Assembly (NCBI RefSeq): GCF_964213995.1
Contig: NW_027590388.1
Span: 1-64,000, forward strand
Length of the DNA: 64,000 nt
Reading direction: 5' to 3'
DNA from: Mustelus asterias
Lineage: Eukaryota
The notes under the pieces were generated by a model. The model saw nothing but the letters and a program-made list of their open reading frames with translations, was not told the origin of the DNA and made no database searches. Every line of letters begins with the position of its first letter. Within the stretch, counting starts at the first letter, position 1. The position numbers were made by a program, and so were the translations under genes. Of the stretch, positions 52,138 to 63,329 are shown one piece after another.

Positions 52138-53118
52138 ATGGAGAAACCGTGGAAATGTGTGGATTGTGGGAAGGGATTCGGTTTCCCATCACAACTGGAA
52201 GTTCATCGGCGCAGTCACACTGGGGAGAGACCGTTCACCTGCTCCGTCTGTGGGAAGGGATTCACCCATTCATACAACCTTCTGACTCACCAACGGGTTC
52301 ACACTGGGGAGAGGCCGTTCACCTGTCCTGTGTGTGGGAAGGGATTCACTCGCTCATCCCACATTGTGACACACCAACTTGTTCACACTGATGAGAGAAT
52401 GTTTACATGTTCTGACTGTGAGAAGAGTTTTAAATGCAAAAAGGATCTGCTGACACACCAACGAATTCACACTGGGGAGAGACCGTTCACCTGCTCTGTG
52501 TGTGGGAAAGGATTCATTCAGTCATCCCACTTGCAGACACATCAACTTGTTCACTCTGATAACAAACTTTTTAATTGTTCCCACTGTGCGAAGAGCTTTA
52601 AAAGTAAAAAGGATCTGCTAACGCACCAATATGCTCACACTGGGGAGAGGCCATTCACCTGCTGTGTGTGTGGGAAGGGATTCAGCCGTCCATCTGCCCT
52701 ATTGAACCACCAGAGAATTCACACTGGGGAGAGGCCCTTCACCTGCTCAGACTGTGGGAAGGGATTCACTCGTTCATCCAACTTATTGAATCACCAGCGA
52801 GTTCACACTGGGGAGAGGCCGTTCACCTGCTCTGTGTGTGGGAAGGGATTCAGTCAGTCATCCAACCTGCTGACACACCAGAAAGTTCACAGTGCGGAGA
52901 GGCCACTTACCTGCTCTGTCTGTGGGAAGGGATTTTCTCATTTATCTTATCTTCTGAAACACCAGCGAGTTCACACTGGGGAGAGGCCGTTCACCTGTAA
53001 TGTCTGTGGAAAGGGATTTATTCAGTCATCCCACCTGCTAACACACCAGCGAGTTCACAAACGACTGCAAGGTTTGGATTCTACTCTTAATGATGCTGTT
53101 AATCATATCCAGGACTGA
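52138..53118 (+). CDS. ZNF copy J: 11 fingers plus C-terminal tail [19 protein letters not shown], 326 aa
   Basis: Uninterrupted ORF with gcaccATGg. Confidence 0.92.
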   Translation: MEKPWKCVDCGKGFGFPSQLEVHRRSHTGERPFTCSVCGKGFTHSYNLLTHQRVHTGERPFTCPVCGKGFTRSSHIVTHQLVHTDERMFTCSDCEKSFKCKKDLLTHQRIHTGERPFTCSVCGKGFIQSSHLQTHQLVHSDNKLFNCSHCAKSFKSKKDLLTHQYAHTGERPFTCCVCGKGFSRPSALLNHQRIHTGERPFTCSDCGKGFTRSSNLLNHQRVHTGERPFTCSVCGKGFSQSSNLLTHQKVHSAERPLTCSVCGKGFSHLSYLLKHQRVHTGERPFTCNVCGKGFIQSSHLLTHQRVHKRLQGLDSTLNDAVNHIQD

Positions 53119-53754
53119 ATCGTGTTCACTCTGACAGTCTTCATCCGTTGAGGTTTAATATTCTGAATAAATATGAAATAGACCAGCTTTGTTTTTTAAA
53201 ATTGTTGTAGATTTTTGTCTTTCCCACCTGACTGTTTAACATCACCAGGCTGGAGCTCAGAAAAGACAATCGGGGGTGGATCATATGGCAAACAGGACGC
53301 AGTCCTTCAGGGTCACAGAGGGACAAACAGCACTTTGCTCTTCCTCGTCTCTCTTCACGACAGCAAAGTACCCGTGTGGTTTAATCCTGAGATGTGCAAG
53401 AATCTCAGTCACTCCCTTCTATGTTTCAGCGCTCCTAGACCAGGAACAGAAGTTCCTTTACAACTGTGTTTAGAGTCAGGAAGAACAACAGTGAATGCTG
53501 GAAGCATGCTGCTAAATCAGAGATTGGTGCAAAACTGGGATCTGTTCCTGACTGAGAGTGAAATGGCAGGATTAGATTTCCAGACTGAAAATGCAGAAAA
53601 GTCTAAAATATTTTAATGTGTTTGTGTGTCAGTGCCAGTTTATTGAACAGAAACCAGCTCAAAATAAATTGGTTAAAGTCTGCATTAAAGTAGCAGCTGG
53701 AGAGTTCAAAGGAACCTGTTATCTGCTGGGACAATTAGACAACAATTTGATTCC

Positions 53755-53803
53755 CACTGAGACCCACAGTGAATGAGGCTCCCGCGGGCCTCATACAAAA
53801 AGT
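53755..53803 (+). other. Remnant TCR V 3' end (10 nt) plus orphan 23-bp-spacer RSS
   Basis: cactgagacc, then CACAGTG (53765-53771), 23 nt, ACAAAAAGT (53795-53803); the 10-mer matches the end of the intact V (cgctgagccc) at 8/10. Confidence 0.85.
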
Positions 53804-54189
53804 GACGCAGACGTTTCAGGGTCAGAGAAAAAGAGTCGGATCTCAACGAAAATGCGCAGGAAATGAAGGCCACAATACAGCCCCAGCTGAATAATATTCC
53901 CCCACTGAGCTCAGCCATTGTCAGTGTTGTGAAATGTCACATTTGCCATCCTATTATTCCCGGATCAAATCCAACCATTCTCCGATCCCATCCGCACAAA
54001 ATCTGCAGATTACCCCGGGTGAATAACTTCCTTAATCTGTACTTAGAAAAATTCTGGATTCGGTGCCTATCTGCCCGGCGACACATTTTAAAAGTGATCT
54101 ATTATCAAATGCAGCCTCAGAATTGTTCCATTTTCAAGTCCGTGGAGCAGAAATAATAACTGATTGAAATCAGAGCTTTTCTATTTGGG

Positions 54190-54650
54190 GAATAGAGGGG
54201 TACAGTGAAGATTTACTATGCTGATTCCTGGGATGGCAGCTCTGTCATATGAGGAGAGATTAAATCCGTTAGGATTATATTCACTGCGGTTTCGAATAGT
54301 GAGAGGGGGTCTCATAGAAACTTATAAAATTCTAACAGGGTTCGACAGGGTAGATCCAGAAGACTGTTCCCAATGGTGGAATCCAGAACCATGGGTCATC
54401 TTTTGAAGATAAGGGAAAAACTGAGGTGAAGGGAAATTCCTTCATCCAGAGAGTGTTGAATGTATGGAATTCAATACCACCGAATGTAGTTGAGGCCAAA
54501 ACGTTGTCTGATTTCAAGAAGAAATTTGATATAGCTCTTGGGGCTAAAGGGGTCGAGGGGGAAGGAGGATCAGGATATTGAATTCCATGATCAGCTATGA
54601 TTACGATGAATGGCGGAGAAGGCTCCTGCTTCTAGTTTCTATGTTATGAG
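54190..54650 (+). mobile_element. Degraded CR1 3' fragment
   Basis: ORF 54218-54406 LSYEERL..LGLYSL..GGLIETYKIL. Confidence 0.82.
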
Positions 54651-54774
54651 TCCGTGAAATATTTCCTGGTGCAGAGTTGAGTGACTACTTATCCCCGGTA
54701 TACTTACAGCACTAACTATTAATTATGTTGAGTCCTGGATGCTACTCATTAATCCCTGTACGTTAGGCTGCTGA

Positions 54775-55076
54775 ATCATTGAATCCCGACAATGCAGGAT
54801 GGAGCCTGTCCCGACAACAATCCCACCCAGGCCCTATCCCCGTAACCCACATATTTACCCTGCTATCCCCTGACACTTAGGGTAATTTTGCGTGGCCAAT
54901 CCAGCAAACCTGCACAGTTTAGGAATGTGGAGGGAAACTGGAGCACCTGAGGAAACCCACGCAGACACGGTGAGAAAGTGCAAACTCCACAGAGACAGTG
55001 ACCCGAGGCTGGAATCGAACCCGTGTCCCTGGGGCTGTGAGGCAACAATGCGAACCACTGCGCCACCGTGTCACCC
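54775..55076 (-). mobile_element. HE1-type V-SINE
   Basis: Head and V-domain on the minus strand. Confidence 0.87.
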
Positions 55077-55302
55077 ATAAATGATTAAATTAGAAAAAAG
55101 GATCTGCCTTAAGAAAGATTGATGGACTGAGTTCTGAGGAAAGCGAGTTAACCAGTTAATGAGACAGAATAAGTGATGATGTGGGAGAGAGCAGAGAGAG
55201 AGCAAAGACTTTAGAAATAAGTTTACGGCCAGGGAAGGAATGTGATTGGAAAGTGCCAGCTATATTAAATCATTAACTAACAGTGATTGGTTCACTGGTT
55301 AC

Positions 55303-55625
55303 GGGGCGGCATGATGCCACAATGGTCAGCGCTGCTGTCTCACAGTGTCAGGGACCCGGGTTCAATTCCGGCTTCGGATCACTTTCTGTCTGAGTTTGCA
55401 TGTTCTCCCAGTGTCTACGTGGGTCCCCTTCGGGTTCTCCTGTTTCCTCCCACAGTCCAAAGATGTGCAGGTTAGGTTGATTGGCCATGCTAAATTGACC
55501 CGAGCGTCAGGGGATACGCAGGGTAAATACATGGAGTTGCGGGAGTGGAGCCTGGGTGGTATTGTGACCGGTATAGACTCGATGGGGCGAATGGCCTCCT
55601 TCTGCACTGCAGGGATTTTATGATT
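55303..55625 (+). mobile_element. HE1-type V-SINE abutting the V promoter
   Basis: Full head and tail. Confidence 0.87.
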
Positions 55626-55628
55626 CGC

Positions 55629-55734
55629 AGCTGACGTCAGCTCAGGGAGATGAGCCAATCGCAGCACTGAGAAACGCCTCCCTGTTTCTGAATACTTGAA
55701 GCTGCCTCTGATCTGAGTTCACTCTGTGATATAA
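55629..55734 (+). promoter_or_regulatory. TCR V promoter: CRE, CCAAT and TATA-like box
   Basis: Palindrome AGCTGACGTCAGCT 55629-55642, CCAAT 55655-55659, TATAA 55730-55734; ATG at 55793. Confidence 0.7.
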
Positions 55735-55792
55735 GACTAGAGGCAGCAACTTATTGTAAACATTGTCGCTGCTTACTGTCCAATCAGGAACC

Positions 55793-56230
55793 ATGTATCT
55801 CCTGTGTGCTTTACTGATAACAATGACCACGCTGCCCGGTGAGTCTGAGCTCAGATCCTCAGTGTGTGTTTCATGGGTTATATTTGTTCACAGATTTCTC
55901 ACACATTCTACATTTTGTTGCAGGAATCAATGGCCAAGATTCAGTTTCCCAGGACCCGGCTGAATTAACGGTTCAGGAAGGATTGAACGTAATAGTGAAT
56001 TGTAATTACACAACAACGGATGCTTTTCCAAATCTCTTCTGGTACATCCAGTATCCCGGGGAAGCTCCGAGATATTTACTGCAGAAATATAGCACGGGGG
56101 GCGGAGAAAAGTCTCCAGATTTCCCTGACCGGTTTTCTGCTGATTTGGACAAGGACAAGAAAACAGTTCCTTTAAATATCACTGGGGTCCATGTCTCTGA
56201 CTCTGCCGTGTATCACTGTGCGCTGAGCCC
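55793..56230 (+). CDS. TRAV: T-cell receptor alpha(/delta)-type variable segment: leader exon 55793-55838, intron 55839-55923, V exon 55924-56230
   Basis: Leader MYLLCALLITMTTLPG with phase-1 GT..AG 85-nt intron; V domain with VNC, LFWYIQYPG, DSAVYHCALSP; no stops; followed by an RSS. Confidence 0.92.
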
Positions 56231-56269
56231 CACACTGTTACAAAGGCGCAGTGAGCCCGTACAAAAACC
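56231..56269 (+). other. Recombination signal sequence, 23-bp spacer
   Basis: CACACTG (56231-56237), 23 nt, perfect ACAAAAACC (56261-56269). Confidence 0.95.
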
Positions 56270-56469
56270 TGCAAAGGCACTCTCACCTCCTCTCACTGAA
56301 TCAGATCTGTGACCTGGATTGTGAACTGTTAATACAAACAGAACAATTGTATAACGAAGAGTTAGTCCGAATGTTCTCATTCCATGGTGCTGAATGTGCC
56401 ATTCTTGTTTAAACACTCTGCAATGCTGAGACTGGGAGAAGTGAACAACAGGGGGCAGCATTGCAGCTT

Positions 56470-57560
56470 CCATTTTACTATTATTCCTTCCAAAGTGGAT
56501 AAGCTCACACTTACCAACGCTATACTCCATCTGCCAGATCCTCGCCCACTCACTTAGCCTATCCAAATCTCTCTGCAGACTTACCGCATCCTCCACGCAA
56601 TTCACTTTCCCACTCATCTTTGTGTCATCCGCAAACTTTGTTACCCAACACTCGGTCCCCTCCTCCAGATCGTCTATGCATATGGTAAATACTTGAGGCC
56701 CCGGCACCAATCCCTGTGGCACGCCACTAGTCACCAACTGCCAACCAGAAAAGCGCCCATTTATTCCAACTCTCTGCTTCCTGTTAGATAGCCAATCCCC
56801 AATCCACGCTAACACTTTACCCCTAACTCCGTGCACCCTGATTTTCTGCAGCAACCTTTTGTGAGGCACCTTATCGAACGCCTTCTGGAAATCCAAAAAC
56901 ACCACATCCACTGGTTCCCCTCTGTCAACCGCACTCGTTACATCAACATAAAAATCCAGTAAATTTGTCAAACACGACTTTCCCTTCATGAATCCATGCT
57001 GCGTCTGCTTGATCAAACCATTTTTTTCCAGGTGTCCTGCTATTTCTTCCTTAATGATGAATTCCAGCAATTTCCCAACTACGGACGTTAAGCTAACCGG
57101 CCTGTAGTTACCCGCCTTTTGTCTACCTCCTTTTTTAAACAGTGGCGTCACATTAGCTGTTTTCCAATCAGCCGGCACTTCCCCAGAGTCCAGCGTATTT
57201 TGATAAATTACAACCAACGCATCCTCTATTACTTCTGCCATTTCTTTCAGTCCCCTGGGATGCATTCCATCCGGGCCCGGGGACTTGTCTACCTTTAGTC
57301 CCATTAGCCTCCCAAGCACTACCTCTTTAGTAATAGTAATCATTTTAAGGACCTCATCCCCTACAGTCCCATGACCGTCAATTTTCGGTAAGCTATTTGT
57401 GTCCTCTACCGTGAAGACTGATACAAAAAACTTGTTTAAGGCCTCAGCCATTTCCTCGTTTCCCATTATTAAATCCCCCTTCTCATCTACTAAGGGTCCA
57501 ACATTTACTTTAGCTACTCTTTTCCTTTTTATATATTTGTAAAAACTTTTACTATCTCTC
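56470..57560 (-). mobile_element. CR1 ORF2 RT fragment with an open frame
   Basis: KSPGPDGMHPR, NYRPVSLTSV, LDFQKAFDKVPH, KFADDTK. Confidence 0.95.
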
Positions 57561-57566
57561 TGTCCC

Positions 57567-57770
57567 TCCCCCCCCCCCTGGGCTTTGCCCCCCCCCCCCC
57601 CTGGGCTTTGCCCCCCCCCCCTGGGCTTTGCCCCCCCCCCCCCGGGCTTTGCCCCCCCCCCCGGGCTTTGCCCCCCCCCGGGCTTTGCCCCCCCCCCCCC
57701 GGGCTTTGCCCCCCCTGGGCATTGCCCCCCCCCGAGCATTGCCCCCCCCCGAGCATTGCCCCCCCAACCC
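57567..57770 (-). repeat. G-rich minisatellite (caaagcccNg(n)), G-quadruplex-prone
   Basis: About 10 units of gggctttg or gagcattg separated by long C runs on the + strand. Confidence 0.85.
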
Positions 57771-57834
57771 ACACATCCTGGGACACTAAGTGGCAATTGA
57801 GCATGGCCAATCAACCTAACCTGTACATCTTATA

Positions 57835-57993
57835 AACAGTAAGAAGTCTCACAATACCAGGTTAAAGTCCAACAGGTTTATTTGATCGCACGAGCTTTCG
57901 GAGCACTGCTCCTTCATCAGGTGAATGGCCACTCACCTGATGAACCTGGTGTTGTGTGCCCACCCCAGTCCAACGCCGACATCTCCACGTCAT
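57835..57993. mobile_element. Inverted Penelope pLTR fragments
   Basis: Same family as 15317-15445 and 17055-17393; hairpin ttcatcaggtga / tcacctgatgaa (57913-57944). Confidence 0.75.
57889..57923 (-). ncRNA. Minimal type-I hammerhead ribozyme with intact core
   Basis: CAC-CUGAUGA-A-GGAGC(AGU)GCUCC-GAAA-GC-UC-GUG. Confidence 0.7.
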
Positions 57994-58729
57994 CTTATGG
58001 ACTGCAGATTGATTCTCTGTAGAATCCTGTTCTTTCTCTCTATCAACATTCCTCTGCAAGTTTTATTTCCTTCAAGTACCCATCCAATTTCATTTTGAAA
58101 TGATTGAATCTTCTGTTCCACCATCCTCATAGGCAGCGAGTTCTAGATCATGTGCTCTCCCTACCTAAATATAAATCTTCCTCAAATCCCTGCTCTACCA
58201 CTACTCAAGTAATGTCCTGTATGTTACACTTTTATCCAGTATTATAGACATCTGTCTGGCAGCCTGCATGGAGATTTTCAGCTCCCTGTGTCCAGGACAG
58301 GAAGCCGTGAGCATGGATCTGTCAATCAGCCTCAATCAGCACCTTCAGGAGAATTGGGAGGGTGAATATTAGATACAGCAGAGTGAGAATTGAGGGAGAG
58401 TGTGTGGGATGGAGATTTACTGCGTTTGGGGAATGAGAGAGGAAAGAATGTTCCATAGAAACTAGAATTGTCTGTTCTGAATTTCTGTCCTGTACTGACA
58501 CTGATGAATTTTGTAATCTCCTTTTGCAGGATATCAGAAGGTGGGGATTTACAGACAGAAATCTCGAATCAAACGTCACATCAACATCTGACAGACATTT
58601 GATTGATTGGGACCCGAATATCATTGGCCTTTCAATCTTGAAGGAGAAATCTTTTAATGTTCTGTCTGCGTCAGAATTTTTTATAACATAAATGTGACTG
58701 GAAATACACCAAGACACAGACACACCTGA

Positions 58730-58837
<108 letters not shown>

Positions 58838-58851
58838 TGAGATTTAATTGA

Positions 58852-59310
<459 letters not shown>

Positions 59311-61124
59311 TGACAGGGGTTGGATTCTGTTTTATTGCTGCTGTTAATCACATCCAGGACTGAACCATGTTCATTCTGACAGTTGGTGAAGTGGGAGGGT
59401 CGGAGGGTTTCTTTCTGCTGGACTGGCCGGTCTCACGACTTTGCTTCTAGTTCGCTGATGCTCTTTGAGCCTGGGAGAGCACATTGCCACTGAAATGATC
59501 CACAAAAGCTGATGAAGGACATTTATTTTATCCTGGATAGTAAATAGTGTTTTTCCTACCACTACAGGTAGATTTAAAATAAATACAGAAAGGACTGGAA
59601 AAACACAACACGTCTTGCAGCATCTGTGGAGAGAGAAACAGTGTTAATGTTTCACACTACTGGATTGGGAATCAATCTTGTAAACCTCCTCTGAACTGCT
59701 TCCAATGTATTTATATCCTTTGTTTAATAGGAGACAAAATTGTACCCTGTGTTCAAGGTGCAATCTCAGCAACGCCCTGCACAACTGAAGCATAACATCT
59801 TTACTTCTATGTTCAATTTCTCTCAGAATAAAGGATAACATTCCATTTATAAGAACTTTGATTTGTTTGAACTAAGATTTATGAGGGTTCTCTTGTTTAC
59901 AATAACTTCCCTCATCGTAAATCACACCAGGTTCCAGTGACTTAATCATATGGCAAGAAAGAACACTTTAAATGGTGAATTCAGAAAGTTTATTAACCAT
60001 TAAAAATGTAACGAGTCAGAAAGATAAAAAAGCAAAGTATCGATCAACAGCAAAAGGAGGAGAGCTTAACTTCAACTTCTCCATCCTTCTCAAACCAGGA
60101 CATGAAGTGATGGCTCTGAAAACGTGGATAACTTGTAAAACTAACAGCTCTCAACGTCTCTCTGTAGGGGACAGTGTGAGGCACTGCTGCCTCACAGCAG
60201 AGGGTTCGAGTCCCGGCTTGGGTCACTGGCTGTGCGGAGTTCGCCCATTCTCCCCGTGTCTGTGCAGGTTTCCTCTGGGTGCTCCGGTTTCCTCCCACAG
60301 TCCGAAAGACGTGCTGGTTGGGTACATTGGCCATGCTAAATTCTTCCTCAGTTTACCCAAACAGGCACCAGAGTGTGGCGACTGGGGGATTATCAGAGTA
60401 ACTTCATTGCAATGTTAATGTAAGTCTATGTGTGACACTAATAAACAAACTATAAAAAAAGTTAACTTTTAAAAACTTCTACCAGATTGGTTTCTCGAAT
60501 CCCCTTTTTTATACTTTCAAAATGTAGAAAGCCATCCTCAGCTAATTGTTAGGAATTAGCCAATTGGTCTATAACTTGTCAATAATGAAATTGATTTGGT
60601 TTTTAGCTAATTGCACATATTGTCTTAATTTTAAGACATACCTTTCTCTCAAACGATATCTCTTAGCTTGGGGTAGCCCAAGTGTTGACCGATAATTGGT
60701 TCACATCAGTCATTCAATGTTGAGACATCTTGAACAGGAGCCGATTCATTCCCTCCAGTCAAGGTTAACAAGTCCTTTCATCTTTCTTTATTCTGTCAGC
60801 ATGGGAAGGGAACATCTTATAATTCCCACAGCATTTTAACCATTCTTAAAGTGTTTATAATTCTAAAAGTTATAAACCTGTGTTCAAATTTATATTTCCA
60901 GCCTTTATAACATATGTATTAATGAATCATTTATTATTTAATTGTCTCACAATTAATGCTGTCTATTTAACTAATCTGGCTGCTTTCCAATTGTGGGAAC
61001 TTCAGGCCACAAAAAAGGTAGTTAGAGTCGTAGAGGTTTACAGCATGGAAACAGGCCTTTCGGCCCAACTTGTCCATGCTGCCCAGTTTTTACCACTAAG
61101 CTAGTCCTAATTGCCCTGGAATAT

Positions 61125-61265
61125 TACTCATGATCTGTGCTTCCAAGCATTTTGAATGTGCATCTACAACAAGCAAAAACATGTGATTCATGAAAGGCCC
61201 CCCAAGGGCCACATGTAGTCTGGACCACGGCCTATCAGGCCACTCCCGAGGATGAAGTGGTAATG
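61125..61265 (-). mobile_element. Gypsy/Ty3 integrase fragment
   Basis: PLHPREWPDRPWSRLHVALGGPFMNHMFLLVVDAHSKCLE. Confidence 0.82.
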
Positions 61266-61888
61266 TACCCAGTGTGTTGTGGGGAATGAACTCAGAAGAA
61301 TCATTCAACACTCAAACCTGATTCAATCGACAAACAGTTTATTGAGCTAGGCCAGTGGGGAGAAGCCACAGGGGCTGACCATGTGTAACTCCACCCAACA
61401 AAGAATATCATCAATTCTTATCCAGTTACTCAGCCCATCCCGGCTGGACACAATCCAATCAGAATGGTGATAGATTACATACATTATAGGTTCAATAAAA
61501 TTAGTATCTGGGCATTATGGGGCTTTGTGATCATCTCATGGACAGATAGGTGCCCCCATCATGATGTTTTCCAGACCCCCTCGTCTACCATCCTTGGGGT
61601 TTTCTTTGTACATAGACTCAGTTTGAAAAGGGGTGGATTAAAAATTCTCAAATGGATGTCAGCACCCTTCCTTTGTTTCAATCTAATGACCACACGGTCT
61701 GGGAACATTTCTATTTAATAATCTCTCCTTTTAAACTCTGTTCTTCAGTATCCAATTCCAGAATTTTCCTTTTCATTGTGTTAATTGTGTCAGGATTAAA
61801 TCTTTGGACCTGACAGGAAGTTTAACCCAAGATCAATCCAACACAGGATTGGTCAGAATCGTTTCATATGTACCAAATTTTAAATAAC

Positions 61889-62465
61889 TGAAGGGGGCGA
61901 CCTTTATGCTTAATATCATGGATATTTTTACGTGTGTATATCAAATTTATTTTAAAATATTGTCAACAGTTCACAGCAATGCGATGACTCATGGAGAGGC
62001 TCCTTGCACCCCCTAATCACTTCAGACAGCCTTAATCACTTTAGACTCCAAGCAGGGAAACACAGACAATAGCTCAACTGATTAGATTATGCAAGAAGCT
62101 CAAATCACAAAGGGAGCCCTCCAGAAACAGATCAGCCCAGGGGAAATGGGATCAGCTCCACCTATCTATAATGGCTGTTTTAATATCTCGCTATTGTGCC
62201 ACTGCTTTGTGTTATGAGCTGGTACTGATCATGTAACTTGTCGTAAATGTTGAACCTATTACCATATGTTTGGCATGAAGTTCAAAACCCTATAAACTGT
62301 AAAGCGCATAATGGCCAGGCAGAGCAGTTGACGAGCAGCTGTCTCTCCCCAGGCCTGCGGTTTTGTTATTTTAAACAGAGAATAAAATTTGTGTTGCCTT
62401 TTTGTACTGTACTCATGTCTGCTTGTCTTTCATGCTGGTAGGAAGTGAGAAAACTTCCCCTTACA
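61889..62465 (+). mobile_element. 577-bp solo LTR with 5-bp TSD ATAAC
   Basis: TGAAGGGG...CCCCTTACA ends, TATAAA ~62291, AATAAA 62381; empty site in the paralog near 12680. Confidence 0.9.
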
Positions 62466-63329
62466 ATAACCATGACAAATTAAAACTCTCAATTTCATGA
62501 GTGAGTTTTATCTGGATTAAAATTCCCACATGTTTAGTAAAATATCCTGGAATCCTGTCTCTGGACAGTAAATATGGCTCCAGGTTCATAACTTTTGAAA
62601 AAAAAAGCTTTATTCATTACACTTCCATTTTAAAAATCTGTTTGATTTAAATCACAGACAAAAAACCTCAAAGCTTAAAGCGTTCAACCCACAAATATCA
62701 TCCACACACCAACAGAGAAACTTAGCATGTGCTTTACAATAATAACCAAAATTAATTACTTAAGCATTCTTCTGATTCTGTTTTTAAACTCCCAAAAATG
62801 CCTTTAATTAAAGACTCAAGGTAAGGTTAATTCCCCAGAAAGATAAACCTTAACAAATGTAGCCCAAAACAATGATAAAACACATCTACAAACATCCACA
62901 CAAAAACAAACAAAACACACAGATTCTCACAGCTTGCAAATTTCAAACAATGAATCCTCAGCATTCTCTCTCGCAGCTATAACTTCTTAAAGCGACAGAG
63001 CACTACAAGCTCACAACTCCTTGATTAAAATAAGATGCAAGATCCTTCATTGTAACTTAACCCTTTTTAAGCCAACTTCCAAGGCCTGATTTTATCAGCA
63101 ACATCTAATCTTTGTTAATTTAAAATCCCAAACACGTTACCACCTGCAAACTCTTTGTTCTTTATCTGGTGTTGAGGTGACAACAAAATAAAATTCTCAG
63201 TTATTCCAAATTCCTCCAGGGTATGCTTAAAATTTCCACATTTAACTGGCTCCAATAAATCCACAATTATAAACTAAAATAGACACGAGTTTCTGGGTGA
63301 TTTAAAAACAAGTTAAAAACAAGATGCCA

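Larger units (their letters stand above)
59783..62798. repeat. Inverted paralog of 12344-15317
   Basis: See the left arm. Confidence 0.88.

Noticed and set aside
53750-53771. Direct germline RAG cleavage as the cause of the ZNF J / V junction
   Set aside because: RAG cuts at the heptamer border, but 10 nt of V coding end remain attached to the heptamer. An ordinary deletion or insertion fits better.
55839-56312. 157-aa ORF as a stand-alone Ig-domain protein
   Set aside because: It starts at the intron GTG and reads through the RSS; the real structure is leader exon plus V exon.
56213-57814. 533-aa ORF with a Gly-rich N-terminus
   Set aside because: It is a chimera of a SINE piece, the G-rich minisatellite, CR1 RT and antisense V flank, not a gene.
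62881-62908. CACATCT-12-ACAAAAACA as a 12-RSS
   Set aside because: Poor heptamer in AC-rich sequence, with no adjacent V, D or J coding motif.
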